Part shown: positions 1 through 15,189 of the stretch, in pieces
Position numbering within the stretch: position 1 is the stretch's first letter
How the letters are laid out: the number at the start of each line of letters is the position of its first letter
DNA from: Eledone cirrhosa
Taxonomy: Eukaryota
Direction: 5' to 3'
Length of the DNA stretch: 64,000 nucleotides
NCBI GenBank assembly: GCA_964016885.1
Contig: OZ024748.1
Span: 38,006,001-38,070,000 of the forward strand
Notes under the pieces: model-generated
What the model saw: the letters and a program-made list of their open reading frames with translations, nothing else
Databases searched by the model: none
What the model was told of the DNA's origin: nothing
Position numbers and translations under genes: made by a program

Positions 1-330
1 ACACGGTCACACATACTCACTCTCACACACACACACACAACACACACACACACACGGTCACACATACTCAATCACATACACACACACGTGGTCACACATA
101 CTCACTCTCACACACACACGCACACGGTCACACATACTGACTCACACACACACACACACACACACGGTCACATATACTCACTCACACACACACACATACT
201 CACTCACACACACACACTTACACACTCACACACGGTCACACATACTCACTCACACACACACGGTCACACATACTCATTCACACACACATACACACACACA
301 CTCACACACTCCCTGTCACAGAGAGAGAGA
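1..330. repeat. CA-rich compound microsatellite
   Basis: (CA)n interspersed with a recurring cacggtcacacatact motif. Confidence 0.9.
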
Positions 331-464
331 AGAGAGAAAAACACATACACACGCGTATATGCATATATAGTATATATGTGTATGCATCTATGTACATATG
401 CATGCACATATATATATATATATAGGAAAATGTTTATCCCGGACGGCAGAGCTCAAGTCGTTTC

Positions 465-495
<31 letters not shown>

Positions 496-644
496 CCTGT
501 TTTTTAGTGTTTATATGTATGTATATATATAAAAATGTGTGTTTCAGTATATATATATGTGTGTATGTATGTATGTATGTATATATGTACATATGTATAT
601 ATCTACATATGTATATATGTACGTATGTATGTATGCATATATGT

Positions 645-1625
645 ATGTCTCATGGTCGGGTCGTTGGCGACTAAACTGGCAACCCCACCAAGGTTTCTTG
701 GTGAGGAGGGTGACTTTGGACATCCTGCAGGACTAAAAACAAAACCTGTCAAAGGGCAAAGGAGCTCTTAAGAGTCAATGGCCATCCAAAATCACCGGGA
801 GAGATGACCCCTTAGCCTTTGTCAAGGCAGAATTCTAGGAGAAGGAAAACTCTGATATAACACCTGCAACTCTGATGGTATCCAATGATGTTGACTTGTT
901 CTTCTTTTTGGTAAATATCATCTTGGTTAAGAGAGTGGGACTGACTTTGTGCAGTGCCTTTGCTCACTATAAAAGCTTCACGGCACAGGCATTGCTTTGT
1001 ATCTGGAAATCGCTCTGTATTGTCGTCACATGGTACCATGGGCCCAGCACTATGTCTCAATAATTGTCGCAAGTGTAGTGTTTGTACCAGAATTTTCAAG
1101 TCGCTGGCTGGACTAAAAAGTCACACTCATTCAGCGCATTAGTAGGGGTTCTCCTACATGGATATAAAGTAGTGGCCGTACTCGAAAACGAGTTGGCAGC
1201 CACCATACATGTATGTAGGAGATGACCCCTTAGCCTTTGTCAAGGCAGAATTCCAGGAGAAGGAAAACTCTGATATAACACCTGCAACTCTGATGGTATC
1301 CAATGATGTTGACTTGTTCTTCTTTTTGGTAAATATCATCTTGGTTAAGAGAGTGGGACTGGCTTTGTGCAGTGCCTTTACTCACAATAAAAGCTTCACG
1401 GCACAGGCATTGCTTTATATCTGGAGATCTCTCTGCACTTGTCATCACATGGTACCATAGGCCCAGCACTATGTGTCAATAATTGTCACAAGTGTAGTGT
1501 TTGTACCAGAGTTTTCAAGTCGCTGGCTGGACTAAAAAGTCACACTCGTTCAGCGCATCGGTAGGGGTTCTCCTACATGGATATAAAGTAGTGGCCATAC
1601 TTGAAAACGAGTTGGCAGCCACCAT
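645..1625 (+). mobile_element. Non-autonomous RTE-derived (bipartite) retroelement with partial tandem duplication
   Basis: Near-identical to 17411-17997(-) and 50053-50660(+). The 3' part encodes a C2H2 remnant ([22 protein letters not shown]) followed by a stem-loop tail. Segment ~799-1205 is repeated at ~1218-1625. Confidence 0.7.
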
Positions 1626-1829
1626 GTATATATATGTATGTGTATATGTATGAACCACACCTATATACAGGTGTTAGCTGTAACGTTATACGTGATAGGA
1701 GTGTGTGAGTTTGACACACAAAAAACAAAAGATTTGAAAAAGTGATTGTGTAAGTTAAATTGTAGAGGTTCGTCGGTTGGGTAGCACTATAAATAGGTGT
1801 ACTTTAGACTGGTGCCGCCACAACAGTAA

Positions 1830-3060
1830 CACCACTACCACTACTACCACATACACCACCACCATCACCAACACCACCACCACTACCACTACCACTACCA
1901 CTTACATCACCACCTCATACACCACCGCCACATACTCCACCACCAGCATATCCACCACCACCACCACCACCAACACCACCACCACCACCACCACCACCAC
2001 CACCACCACCACCACCACCAGCACCACTACCACTACCACTTACACCACCACCACCACATACACCACCACCACATACTCCACCACCAGCATATCCATCACC
2101 ACCATCACTACCACCACACCAGCACAACAACCACCACCACATACACCACCACCACCACCACTACCACCATACCAGCACAACAACCACCACCACATAAACC
2201 ACCACCACCACCACTTCCAACACACCAGCACAATAACCACCACCACATACACCACCACCACCACATACAACACCACCGGCACAACCACCATCACCAACAT
2301 ATACACCAACTAGATAACAACGACTGAATAACCAGTACACGACGACCACGACCACCACCAACACCACAACCACCACCACAACACTACCACCACCACCACC
2401 AAAACCATCACCACCACCAACACCACCACCACCACCACCACCACCACCACCACCACCACCACCACCACCACCAACACCACCACCAACACCAACACCACCA
2501 CCACAACACTGCCAACACCACCACCACCACCACCACCACCAACACCACCACAACACTACCACCACCACCACCAAAACCATCACCACCACCACCACCACCA
2601 CCACCACCACCACCAACACCACCACCAACACCAACACCACCACGAACACCAACATCAACACCAACACCACCACCAACACCACCGCCACCACCAACACCAC
2701 CACCAACACCACCGCCACCACCAACACCACCACCAACACCACCACCACCACCACCACCACCAACACCACCACCAACACCACCACCACCACCAACACCACC
2801 ACCAACACCACCACCACCACCAACACCACCACCAACACCACCGCCACCACCAACACCACCACCAACACCACCGCCACCACCAACACCACCACCAACACCA
2901 GCACCACCACAACCACCAACACCACCACCACCACCAACACCAGCACCACCACCAACACCACCATTACCAACACCACCACCACCACCAACACCAGCACCAC
3001 CACCAACACCAACATTACCAACACCACAACCAACACCCTCCCCAACACCACCACCACCAG
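1830..3060. repeat. (ACC)n-rich microsatellite
   Basis: Degenerate ACC/AAC/ACT triplet run. Confidence 0.95.
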
Positions 3061-3109
3061 AAATGTGTGTATATATATATATATACATATATATACATAT
3101 ATGTATACA

Positions 3110-5120
3110 TAAGTCTGGTAGGATGTCAATAGATAGCATGCCGAACTAAATCAAGGCTATGCAACCCCACATCACCAACACGAACGAAATTGCACAGCAA
3201 ACACATGATGGGAGAGAGAAAATCATCAACGCTCACATGATGATGTGGACTGACATCCTAAACCAAGCAGACGCACTGCCAACAACTTCCAGGCGTCTAA
3301 CAATGGCATAACACCCTTGTATGGGCTCCGCAAAGACCACAAGACAGTCGACGACCCGACAACAGGACCACCAACAAGACCCGTATGCGGAGCTAATATA
3401 GCTAACAACTACAGGATCTCCTACTTCCTCTCAATGGTTATACGCCCCATAATCAAGATGTCCCCAGATGTATGTGACAGTACAGAGGACCTCCTCAGCA
3501 GAATCAGTGAGTGCAACAAAAACAGGAACCTATCCAACTGCATAATAGGCAGCATGGATGTGGTATTACTGTACCCATCCATTAACATTGATTTTGCTGT
3601 GGAAAAATGTGTGGAGTTGATCATTGAGAGTGAGGTGGAGTTCTGCGACGTCGAGACAGACGAACTGGGCCTCCTACTTAGACTTACCAACGACACTGAC
3701 TACCTAGACAGCCATGACCTTAGACGTTTCTGCCCTAGTAGACCCATAAGAGGTAGACCCCCCATCATAACCTCAATGGCAAAAAAGACTCCCTTGGGAA
3801 GGTGGATTGGGTGGACCAAAGCTATACGGACCCCTCAAAACAATGATCAGGTAAGAAAAATGGTCGCACTTGCAATAGGGGCTAGTATCAAAACTACACT
3901 AAAGGACCGCATATTCAAATTCAACGAAAAGATCTACACCCAAAATGAGGGAGCAGCCATTGGCGTCAGCATAGGTGGTGATGTTGCCAACCTTTTCATG
4001 TACTCTCGTTACGTAGACGATATCAATATAGTTATAAGAACATCCCCACTAGAGAGCACTTACAAGTTTGATTTAGAACGTAGCACAATGGAAAGCATCC
4101 AGCAGATAGCTAATTCCATACACCAGAGTATAACTGTAACTATCGACTTCCCTTCCAAACACCCTAACAATAGACTACCTGTATTAGACACGGAACTCTG
4201 GATTAACACTATAGACGAGAGAGCCCAAATTCTCCACTCACACTATGCTAAACCCATGGCCTCCAAATACCTGATACTCAAACACTCAGCAATGTCCAGT
4301 AGTGCTAAGTTTAATATTCTGATCGCAGATTTGGTACGAGTGATGAAGAATGTGTCCCGCATGTGCGACCCAACAGAAATGGAAAGACACATCCAACACT
4401 TCATCAACCGCATGCAGTTCTCTGGCTACAACCAAAGGGACAGAGTCAGAGTATACGAAGGAACCATGGAGAAGTATAAGACCCTCATAGAACTGGACAT
4501 GAAAGGAATTTGCCCATTATACAGGAGCAAATCATGGAATAGCTTAGATAGGGCTAGACATAAGATAGGGAAAGCCACCTCATGGTACGACAACCAGAGA
4601 TACCAGAGTGTCATGTTTGTGGACGCTATCCCTGGAGGGAAATTAGCTAACCAGTGTAGAAAGGCCCTGAGAAAGACCCACTTAAAAATAAAGGTGGTAG
4701 AAAAGCAGGAACCACCATAAAATCCCTGATCAGCAAAACCTACCCTTTTAAGAAAACCCACTGTACTAATAGGAAATGTATCATATATAAGGTAAACCCC
4801 CGGAAAAACTGTAAAACTAGAAACGTAGTCTATAGCATAAGATGTACAGAGGGTACTTGCAGAAACATGACAACAACATACATAGGCGAGACAGCTCGTA
4901 GCATAGGTGAAAGGATAGACCAACACTGGGGGGGGAACTAAAATGACGAAAAAACGGGTCAGTACTATACGAACATGCCAGACAACAACACGACGGTAAC
5001 ATAGACAACATAGAAATTAGAATAATATCTAAACATAGAAATGGCCCAGCAGATAGGCAAATCAGAGAGGCCAGTGAAATAGAACTTAGAAGGCCAAGAC
5101 CAAACAGAAAAAATGAATGG
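3110..5120 (+). mobile_element. Penelope-like retroelement, decayed (RT + GIY-YIG endonuclease)
   Basis: ORF 3317-4720 has RT motifs GSMDVVLLYPSI, GAAIG..GG.VANLFM and RYVDD. After a frameshift, ~4807-4926 reads NCKTRNVVYSIRC...YIGETARSIGERIDQH (GIY-YIG) and the frame ends near NRKNEW ~5120. Confidence 0.9.
3317..4720 (+). pseudogene. Penelope-type reverse transcriptase (partial)
   Basis: RT motifs as above; upstream stops and a downstream frameshift. Confidence 0.85.
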
Positions 5121-5334
5121 AAAAACAACAACACCCAAACAAACAACACTGACCTAAGAGAAGTATAAAGAAATAAATAAATACATACATACACAAGCAC
5201 AATAACAACAAACACATATAAACACACACTAGTCACCCAATCACGAACACACATCAAACAAAACACTATACACACACGCAAACGCATGCGCAAAGAAGAC
5301 AAAATAAAATGAACAAAAAAACAAATAAATAAAT

Positions 5335-5635
5335 AAATATATAGACTAAATAAAAATGGCGTAGACATGCAATGCAACGGGAGGAAACAATAGCACCACT
5401 GACGATGTTGCAGATGTGCAACGAAAGAACTCTGATAAACTATATATGTGTGTTTGTGTCTATATTGTATCTGTATTATTTTTGACCGCCGGTCAGTCAA
5501 TGGCAACATTGAGGACCGAGTAAGTTAGATTACCGATATAAAAGACACAAGCGAAAAGCCAAAACCAACCAAACAGTTAGTGGGTTCTGTTATTAATTCT
5601 GGCAATATTACACAAATATGACCCTCCCCAAGTAT

Positions 5636-5640
<5 letters not shown>
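5335..5640 (+). repeat. pLTR-like terminal repeat of the Penelope element
   Basis: Directly 3' of the PLE ORF. Repeated at ~6920-7230(+), 52870-53165(-), 56650-57020(+, SINE-interrupted), with a tail fragment at ~29705-29730. Confidence 0.65.
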
Positions 5641-6205
<565 letters not shown>

Positions 6206-6919
6206 TGCATGTGTGTTTTTATTTCATTTTCCTTTCCTTCTTCCTTCTCCAGCCTCACTTTCATATAGACTGGATTTTTGTTTTTAGAATCCAATATCAA
6301 TAAATACACCAGGATTTTTTCATTCTGATGATTGAAAGCGAAATTTTTTGCTTTTAAGAAACCACTGGTAAATGGAATAATTGCCTTATGTTGTTTATTA
6401 CATAACTATATATATATATACATATATATACATAATATATATATATACACATATATATATATATACATATATATACATAATATATATATATATAATATAT
6501 CCTCTGCTGAGGATCGAATTCCAACTGTGACCATCTCCTCTGAAAGTTTTCGTGAAATAGTCTTTAAGACTATACAGAGCATTTGAAGTTTTTCCAAATT
6601 AAAGGATGAGTATTTTAAACTTTATTTTATCATGAGTTAAGGCTCTATTGATTTTTCCAAGGATTTCATTAAATTCTGTGGATGAATCTATATCCTGATT
6701 CTCTTTGAGTTGAGTTTGACTTCTTTTTCCCACATCTTACGCTAACTATTTTTCCCATTTTGACGCTATAGTCTCTTATATATTATGGAATACTGTTGGC
6801 TTTTTGCTACAATGTTTTCTATACCTTTCATTTATATATATATGTATATATATATATATGATATATATATACATATATATATATGTATATATATAAAATA
6901 AACAAACAAGCAAATAAAT

Positions 6920-7222
6920 AAATAAATATATAGACAGACTGAATAAAAATGGCGTAGACATACAACACAACAGGAGGAAAATATAACACCACTGACGATG
7001 TTGCAGATGTGCAACGAAAGATTTATGATAAACTATATATATGTTTGTGTCTATATTGTATATGTATTATTTTTGACCGTCGGTCAGTCAATGGCAACAT
7101 TGAGGCCTGAGTAAGTTAGATTACCGATATAAAAGACAGCGAGAAGCGAAAACCAACCAAACAGTGAGTGTGTTCTGTTATTAATTCTGCAATATTACAC
7201 AAATATGACCCTCCCCAAGTAT

Positions 7223-7230
<8 letters not shown>
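6920..7230 (+). repeat. Second copy of the pLTR-like repeat
   Basis: High identity to 5335-5640. Confidence 0.8.
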
Positions 7231-7302
<72 letters not shown>

Positions 7303-7836
7303 CCCCATTTTTTCACACACATATATATATATATATATAGTATACACCGCCTAAGCGGGGGTTACCTCCCTTCGGACAAAACCATGTGTCTGTGGCGACC
7401 TTTAAAGTCACAGCATACCCGCTTTGGCTAAGAACGAAAGACTTGCTGAAGAAGTAAATCTTATGTTCTGTCGTCAAAAACCATTATATTGCAGACTCAT
7501 GCAATAGAAATTTGTCGATCATGGATTGCAGAAACTTAGCGCTGTCGTTGCGTGCGATTTTGCGATCAATATTGTGGAAACACCATGTGGATTATATATT
7601 TTACACCCAGCCTCAGCGTTATGTCCAGGTCAGTAAAAAATCTTTACCTGGGTCCTGTATTTTCGTTGCTCTAGTGATGCGGTCGGACTGTCGACTGCTA
7701 TATCTAATTTGCTGAGCTGTCGGAACATAATGTTATATTCTGGGGTCTTACCTCATCTGAGTGCTAAAGCTACAAACCGAATAAGCTTACACGCTAGCTT
7801 GGCAGTATACTAGAGCTTCGTCTATGCTGTACTAAA

Positions 7837-7896
<60 letters not shown>

Positions 7897-8021
7897 ATAT
7901 ATATATGTATATATATATACATATATATATATACATATATGACTATCCAGGAGATTCCAAACTGAATGGTTGCATCTTTTAAGGGTATGTCAATATTTAT
8001 TCATAAAACTAACCTATATTA

Positions 8022-8087
8022 TATTTTATTTGATGAAAGCTCACCATAATTTGCTCTGGTGGCCCTTGACATATGTATAATGAAATA
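8022..8087 (+). ncRNA. Degenerate type I hammerhead ribozyme
   Basis: TATTTTAT-TTGATGA-stem II-GACA-TATGTATA-ATGAAATA. Same flanks as the intact motif at 52289-52354, with two core mutations. Confidence 0.7.
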
Positions 8088-8189
8088 AATATGGTTTTAT
8101 AAATATAGTTTCCATTTGTTAATATATTGTATATATGTATATATATATATATATGTATATATATACATATATATACATATATGTATACA

Positions 8190-8856
8190 TAAAATAGCGG
8201 AGCAAGCGGTTATCAAACAATTCTCTAAATAAATTAAAAAACGATTTAAATAATCACCTGTTCTATTGCCGTTACCGACGGTTTCATCATTCCAAAAGAT
8301 TGGAAATCCAAAGAATTTCCAAATATTATAAACACCTTGCATATTTCTACAAGTACATAGTGCCTGTTGAAGTATTCATCCACTTTTATAATTTTTCTCC
8401 TTATGTAGAGAACAAAACGTTGAATAATGCTGCTAATTTTAGTGGCAATATCAACATGTTTATAATAAACAGCTATTATCTGCGACCTGATTTTGCGTGT
8501 GTGTCATTTTAACGGCTTGACCGCATGCGTTGGGCAGGAAGCGAAATATTTACTTACTGTAAGGCTAGCAACCTTATAGTGTGGAAATAAGCTGTCTGAA
8601 GATTCATTTCTTTCCATTTGAAATTCTTTGGATTTCCAATCTTTTGGAATGATGAAACCGTCGGTAACAGCAATAGAACAGGTGATTATTTAAATCGTTT
8701 TTTAATTTATTTAGAGAATTGTTTGATAACCGCTTGCTCAGCTATTTTATATTGTTCTGGTATCTCGAATTAGTGCCATTGAACCACAAATATTATAAAC
8801 ACCTTGCATATTTCTACAAGTACATAGTGCCTGTTGAAGTATTCATCCACTTTTAT
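8190..8856 (+). mobile_element. Non-coding hammerhead retroelement (retrozyme/pLTR-like), ~467-bp unit
   Basis: 8321-8388 is directly repeated at 8788-8855; 8190-8324 is the inverted copy of ~8615-8748; contains a hammerhead; flanked by (TA)n. Confidence 0.75.
8591..8671 (+). ncRNA. Type I hammerhead ribozyme
   Basis: GCTGT-CTGAAGA-TTCATTTC...GGAATGAT-GAAA-CCGTCGG-TA-ACAGC. Stem I GCTGT/ACAGC; predicted GUA cleavage after 8666. Confidence 0.88.
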
Positions 8857-8967
8857 ACATATATATATATGCATATATACATATATATACATATATATAT
8901 ATACATATATATATATACATATATATATGTATATACATATGTATATACATATATATATGTATATATG

Positions 8968-11274
8968 CACCTGTCCAAGTCCCAGATTGATTTCATTCTG
9001 GTGAGAAAAAAGTGGCGGAATAGTGTTCTGAACACAGAACCATACAGCTATTTCAGTACACTGGGTAGTGACCACCGGCTTGTTATGAGTGAGGTCCGGG
9101 TGAGCTTAAGAAAGAGCAAGGCTCGACCCCGGAGAGAAATCTATGACTGGGGAGCTTTCAAGGAAGATGATAAGCTACAGGAGAGGTTCACAGTGGAAGT
9201 GAGAAACAGGTTTAGTGCTCTTTGTGGAGTGTCAGAGGAGAGAGAGATTGGATGGACTGAGGAGAGTGTTACGAGGAGGTACGGGCACTTCTCCAATGCA
9301 GTGGCAGAAGCAAGTGAAACCCTGGTGCCGAGGAAAAAGAACAAAGGGAAGCACGTCAGCTCTGCAAACCCAAAAGTGTGTGCAGCCAGAGAACACCTGA
9401 AAGCTGCCAAGGACCAATTCTATGCTGATCCTACGGAGGAGAGGATGGAGACTGTGGAGGTGATGAGGGAAGAGCTCTGTACCGCTTACACTGAGGTCAG
9501 AGAGGAGGCACTGATAGAGAAGATCAGAAGTGTGGAGAGAGCGGTTGACAGATCTGGATGTAAGGAGAGCTGGATGATCATCAACGAGATCACAGGGAGG
9601 AAGAGAAGGTGTTCGAGTCAGATCCAGGGAACGGGGCCCGAGGATAGGAAGAGGAAATGGCTAGACCATTTTAGGACCCTACTAGGAGAGCCACCCTCCA
9701 CAGCCAGAGCACTGGGGAGATCAGGCGGCTGTTTGAGGAACTGGATGTTGAGACAGAGCACTTCACCAGAGAGGAGCTTCAGAGAGCCAAGAAGAGGATC
9801 AAGGAGGGCAAGGCTCATGGAGAAGATGGAGTGGCATCAGAAGTGATGAAGATGTGTGATTTTGATGATATCATCCTGGGGTTCTGTAACGGGGCGCTGG
9901 AGAGAGGAGTTGCCCCGAATCAGTGGAGGATCAGTAACATCGTCCCAGTGCCAAAGAAGGGAGATCTCTCTAACACCAACAACTACAGGGGGATCTCACT
10001 GACGTCACTTGTGGCAAAGACCCTCAACAGGATGATTCTTAACAGGATCCAGCCTGAGATGGAGAAGAAGCTCAGGGACAACCAGAACGGCTTCAGAGGG
10101 GGTAGATCAACCACCAGTCACATCCTGATGCTGAGGAGGATATTAGAGGGATCTAGAGCAAAGTGCCTTCCTGCGGTCATGGTTTTCATTGACTTTAGGA
10201 AGGCCTTTGATTCTGTGGACCGTTACTGCCTGATGAAGATCTTACAGGCTTATGGAATCCCCAAGAAGATAGTGGACCTGATATCACTGCTCTACACCAA
10301 CACCAAAGCCCAAGTAATTACAACTGATGGGATGACAGAGTTCTTTGAGATACTGGCTGGAGTGCTCCAGGGAGATACATTGGCTCCATATCTTTTTATC
10401 ATCCTAGTGGTCTATTGTATGCGCCTTGCACTGGAGAAACACCAGGACTCTGGCTTTACTGTGGCACCGGCTCAGAGCAGGAGAGTTAGGGCGAAAAAGG
10501 TATCGGATGCTGAATTTGCCGACGACATAGTTTTGGTGACAAATACAGTGAAGGAAGCAGAGGATTTGATGCCGGAGGTTGAGACTGTGTCGATGAGTGT
10601 GGGGCTGAGAATGAATGAGACTAAAACAAAATATCTGGTAGAGAATGTTGAGAAGCCAGAGGGGATCACTAATGTAAGCGGGAAGCCGCTAGAATTGGTT
10701 GAGGGCTTCCTGTATTTGGGAGCAAAGATTGGGAATACGGAAGATGATGTGGTTGAGAGGAAGAGCAAGGCCTGGGCGGCGTGCCACAGCTTGAGATCGG
10801 TGTGGAAGTCGGACCTTCGTAGAGACCTGAAAATCCGCCTCTTCATTGCTGTAGTGGAGTCTGTGCTGCTGTATGGGTCTGAGACTTGGATACTGACCAA
10901 GAAACTCACTCAGATGGTGGATGGGTGCTACACGAGAATGCTGAGGATGGCTCTGAACATTAATCAGTATACACTGAGGATGAAAAACTCAGAGCTGTAT
11001 GGGAGCATCCCAAAAGTCAGCTCAAAAGTGACACAGAGGAGACTGAGGTTAGCTGGACATGCTCACCGACATCCAGATTTGACATTGCACTCAGTGCTCC
11101 TTTGGGAGCCCGTACATGGACACACGAGAAGAGGAAGACCAAGGTTAACGTATGTTGATGCCCTAAGGACAGACACTGGTCTATTGGAGACGCAGGACAT
11201 GGCAGCGATAATGCTGGAAAGAACTCGTCCATGGATCTCGGGAATTTTACCCGCCTTAGAATAGAATAGAATAC

Positions 11275-11275
<1 letters not shown>
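8968..11275 (+). mobile_element. 5'-truncated RTE-type LINE (APE endonuclease C-terminus + RT), frameshifted
   Basis: SQIDFILV...GSDHRLV (APE), then NYRGISLTS, FIDFRKAFDSV, GVLQGDTLAPYLF and EFADDIVL in ORF 9831-11264; short (AGAAT)n tail; inserted in (TA)n. Confidence 0.9.
9831..11264 (+). pseudogene. LINE reverse transcriptase domain
   Basis: Canonical non-LTR RT motifs. Confidence 0.88.
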
Positions 11276-12072
<797 letters not shown>

Positions 12073-12082
12073 AACGAGTAGG

Positions 12083-12178
12083 ACCCCGACGGCTGAGCTC
12101 AAGTCGTTTCGACGGCTAATTCTGGACTAAATGTACATTTTTATTCTGGTATTTGAATAGCCGAGCTTCTCAGGGGGT
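12083..12178 (-). ncRNA. Hammerhead-like motif with atypical core (CUGAGAA) in the PLE terminus
   Basis: ACCCC-CTGAGAA-G..CGGCTA...TAGCCGTC-GAAAC-GACT..AGCC-GTC-GGGGT. Confidence 0.65.
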
Positions 12179-13566
12179 AATTTCATATATGGTAAAAGTG
12201 ATTGTCACAAGGATTGGTCAAAAGTTTGTTGTTGAGACATAATAATTCTCTCATGGCAATTTCTGGGGGGAAGGGGTAGCTGAACCTGCCAGTAGAAGAT
12301 AGAGGGAGAGGGGGTGGAAAGGAACCCAGTCGTGCGTTGATAGTTCCAACTACGGCAGGGCAGGAGGTCAAAGAAGATACTGGGGGGGGGGGAGGGGGAG
12401 GAAGTCGAAACAATAAGTAAAACAATATGGGGTAAATATATAGAAAAATACCGGGAGTGTTAAAAATCAATTAAGTGTAAAGAAAAAAACAATTTCTGCT
12501 TACTATAACCTAAGGACAGCTATCAAGTCTCTCACTGGTACTGCTAGACTAAAGAAAGGTTTACTAGGTGGGACGGAATTATAATGTGACCCTTTTAAGA
12601 GGCATAAGTAAACAACCGAATGTATCTTACGGTGACGGGTCAACAAGTGGGGGGGGGGGGCCAAAATACTAAAGAAACTACCGCGAAATAATAAATCAGA
12701 GTCCCGAGACCAGTACAAAATAAAGGTTTCTACCCCAGGCACAAGGCCAGCAACCACCCAGTGCAAAAAAAATAAACTAATACGAAATAATAATTCAGAA
12801 TCCCGAAAAAGAATACTAATACTATCTCTAAGGGTGCCGCCACGCTACAAAAATTCTAGTGCAAACTACATAAATGCTCGTACGAAGTATATGTAAAATT
12901 TGATACGGAAAATTAATTCAGAATCCCCCCCCCCCCCCAAAAAAAATAAATAAATACTGATATACGTGAAATTAAAGCAAAGATACCACTAAGAAATATA
13001 GAAAGCACGGAAAAGGTGCGGCCATCGGATAAGAAGGCTAGTATCCGGGTCTAACACATATGCTATAAAAAGCGGAGTCGGCCAAATCTATCATAGATTA
13101 GGGGAAGGAGGTGGTGGTACTGAGGCTACAAGGGACCGAGGGGCTGCCTCGGGTGGGCGAGAGAGTAAAAGGACGACGACAAAGAAAGAGGCTGCGGTGG
13201 GAGGACTGGGGAGAGATGGGGGAAGAAGGAAATATAGAGGAAGTGATAAAAAGATATAGAAGAAGATATTAGGTCTAACTTTGCAAGCAGGGGTTACCCG
13301 ATACAAAATCGGCAAGTGGGGTGTTATAGCCCTAGTCTACCCTCCCCCCCCCCCGGTTCATTATCGAGTTTGAGGGCGAGGTAAGTCCTACGCAATCGGT
13401 GTTTACATGCAATTACCAGTTCATCTTTCTTGTTTAAGAGTTGGTCCGTCGAGAACAGCATTTGTAAAGTTTCCTCCGAGCATAAATTGCACGGACGGCG
13501 TCCTCCCGTGTAAGAGTTGGCTCTGGACAGTAAGCTCCAAGTGAGATCATAGGTAATATTGTTATC

Positions 13567-14796
13567 CTAGAGGTCCCATATGTGGCCCGAAAGTGTAGTG
13601 GCGTGACGCCGGGCCGGGTTTCGGAAGGTATGTCTGTGTTGGTATAGCCGGGTCTTGAAGTCACATGCGGTTAATCCTATATAGGCTTTGTTGGAGGTGT
13701 CCGTCCTCACGTTGCACTGGTAGATCACATTACGATCTCTGCATCTGTTGTCGAGGGGGAAAATAGATCCATCAGGACAGTTGCACCTCCTGGTCGGCTC
13801 TCCACTGCTATTTCGGTTATTTCTTCCATGGGGGTTGAGTTTTTTGTTGTTAGAGGAGACGATGTTTTGTGCAAAGTTTGGTGTGGTGCTGTAGGAGAGT
13901 TTGATGGTATTTTTGTTAATTATGTTGTGGTAGCGGTGTTGTAGTGGGAAGTGTTTTTCAATGAGCCTAAAGAAGATTTTCCCGATAGGAGTTGTCACCT
14001 CGGCGTTGTGGGGAGGATTGAACCATGTTACGCTGCGTGAGCGGCGGTGTCGCCTGCTGGTTCCACTAATGGAAGCTGGACAGTAGGATATTTCCTCCCG
14101 GAAACCACTCTGCTTGAGGGCCTGGTTGTAGTAAGGCGCATGTTCCTCGAATATCTGCTCATTAGCTGACAAACGAGATATGCGGAGGGAGATGTTTTTA
14201 ACCAGGTTATTGGTGATGTTCCTAGGATGGTTTGACCGGCGGTGGATGTAGTGCAGGTTGTCGTTAGGTTTCCTGTATGGGTAGTACAGATCATTATCGA
14301 GGTCGAGGGTAACATCCAGGAAGTTAACTCGGGTCAGGTACGTTTGTAGGGTTATTTTAAATCCCCAGTCGCGGAAGAAGCTGATTAATTGTTTACAGAC
14401 CCGATCTGTACTACTGGGGTAGTACCCTTTAAGAGTAAGGAGCCCATAATCACGGTACAATCCACCGCCGAATGCAGGAAACAAATCGGTGAGTTTGGCT
14501 ATTAGGAATAATCCTATAAGATCTGTGACCTCAGCCGAATCCGTCGCGCCCATGCTGACGTCGAAGGGTCAGTCGGGAGCTCACTTTATCTATTTGGAGT
14601 TGTCGAAGAGTAAGACTGTCTTCCTGGCGTGGAGGGTGATGTTTCTTTCCTGGTCGGTGATGGGCACAAGTGTTTCGGCGAAGTCCAAGGCAGCCGTAAG
14701 TAGCGGTAAGGTGATTGAAGCATAGTAACTCTCTATGTCAAACTGGATGAATTTAGTGTCTCGTTTTTCCTCCATATTGCTGAACCATGAGATCAC
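13567..14796 (-). pseudogene. Penelope RT + GIY-YIG endonuclease (disrupted)
   Basis: ORFs 14590-14796 and 13567-14553. Confidence 0.88.
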
Positions 14797-14886
14797 TTCC
14801 TAGATATTGACCCAGAGCCGACCAGGAGGTGCAACTGTCCTGATGGATCCATTTTCCCCCTCGACAACAGATGCAGAGATCGTAAT

Positions 14887-15189
14887 GTGATCTACCAGTG
14901 CAACGTGAGGACGGACGCCTCCAACAAAGCCTATATAGGATTAACCGCATGTGACTTCAAGACCCGGCTATACCAACACAGACATACCTTCCGAAACCCC
15001 GCCCGGCGTCACGCCACTACACTTTCGAGCCAAATATGGGACCTCAAGGATAACAATATTACCTATGATCTCACTTGGAGCTTACAGTCCAGAGCCAACT
15101 CTTACACGGGAGGACGCCGTCCGTGCAATTTATGCTCGGAGGAAACTTTACAAATGCTGTTCTCGACGGACCAACTCTTAAACAAGTAA
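14887..15189 (+). pseudogene. GIY-YIG endonuclease, inverted duplicate
   Basis: VIYQCNVRTDASNKAYIGLT...CNLCSEE. Confidence 0.85.

Noticed and set aside
88-3139. Long ORFs of poly-T/V/G/H and YI/CV repeats, here and throughout the window
   Set aside because: Translations of (CA)n, (TA)n, (ACC)n and similar microsatellites; no domain content.
7345-7460. GC-rich structured-looking start of a TA-flanked element (twister or HDV candidate)
   Set aside because: AAGCGGG/CCCGCUU pairing exists, but the conserved motifs of known ribozyme classes could not be placed.
8719-8967. N-terminal extension of the LINE ORF
   Set aside because: Read-through from an adjacent non-coding element and TA repeat; not part of the LINE.
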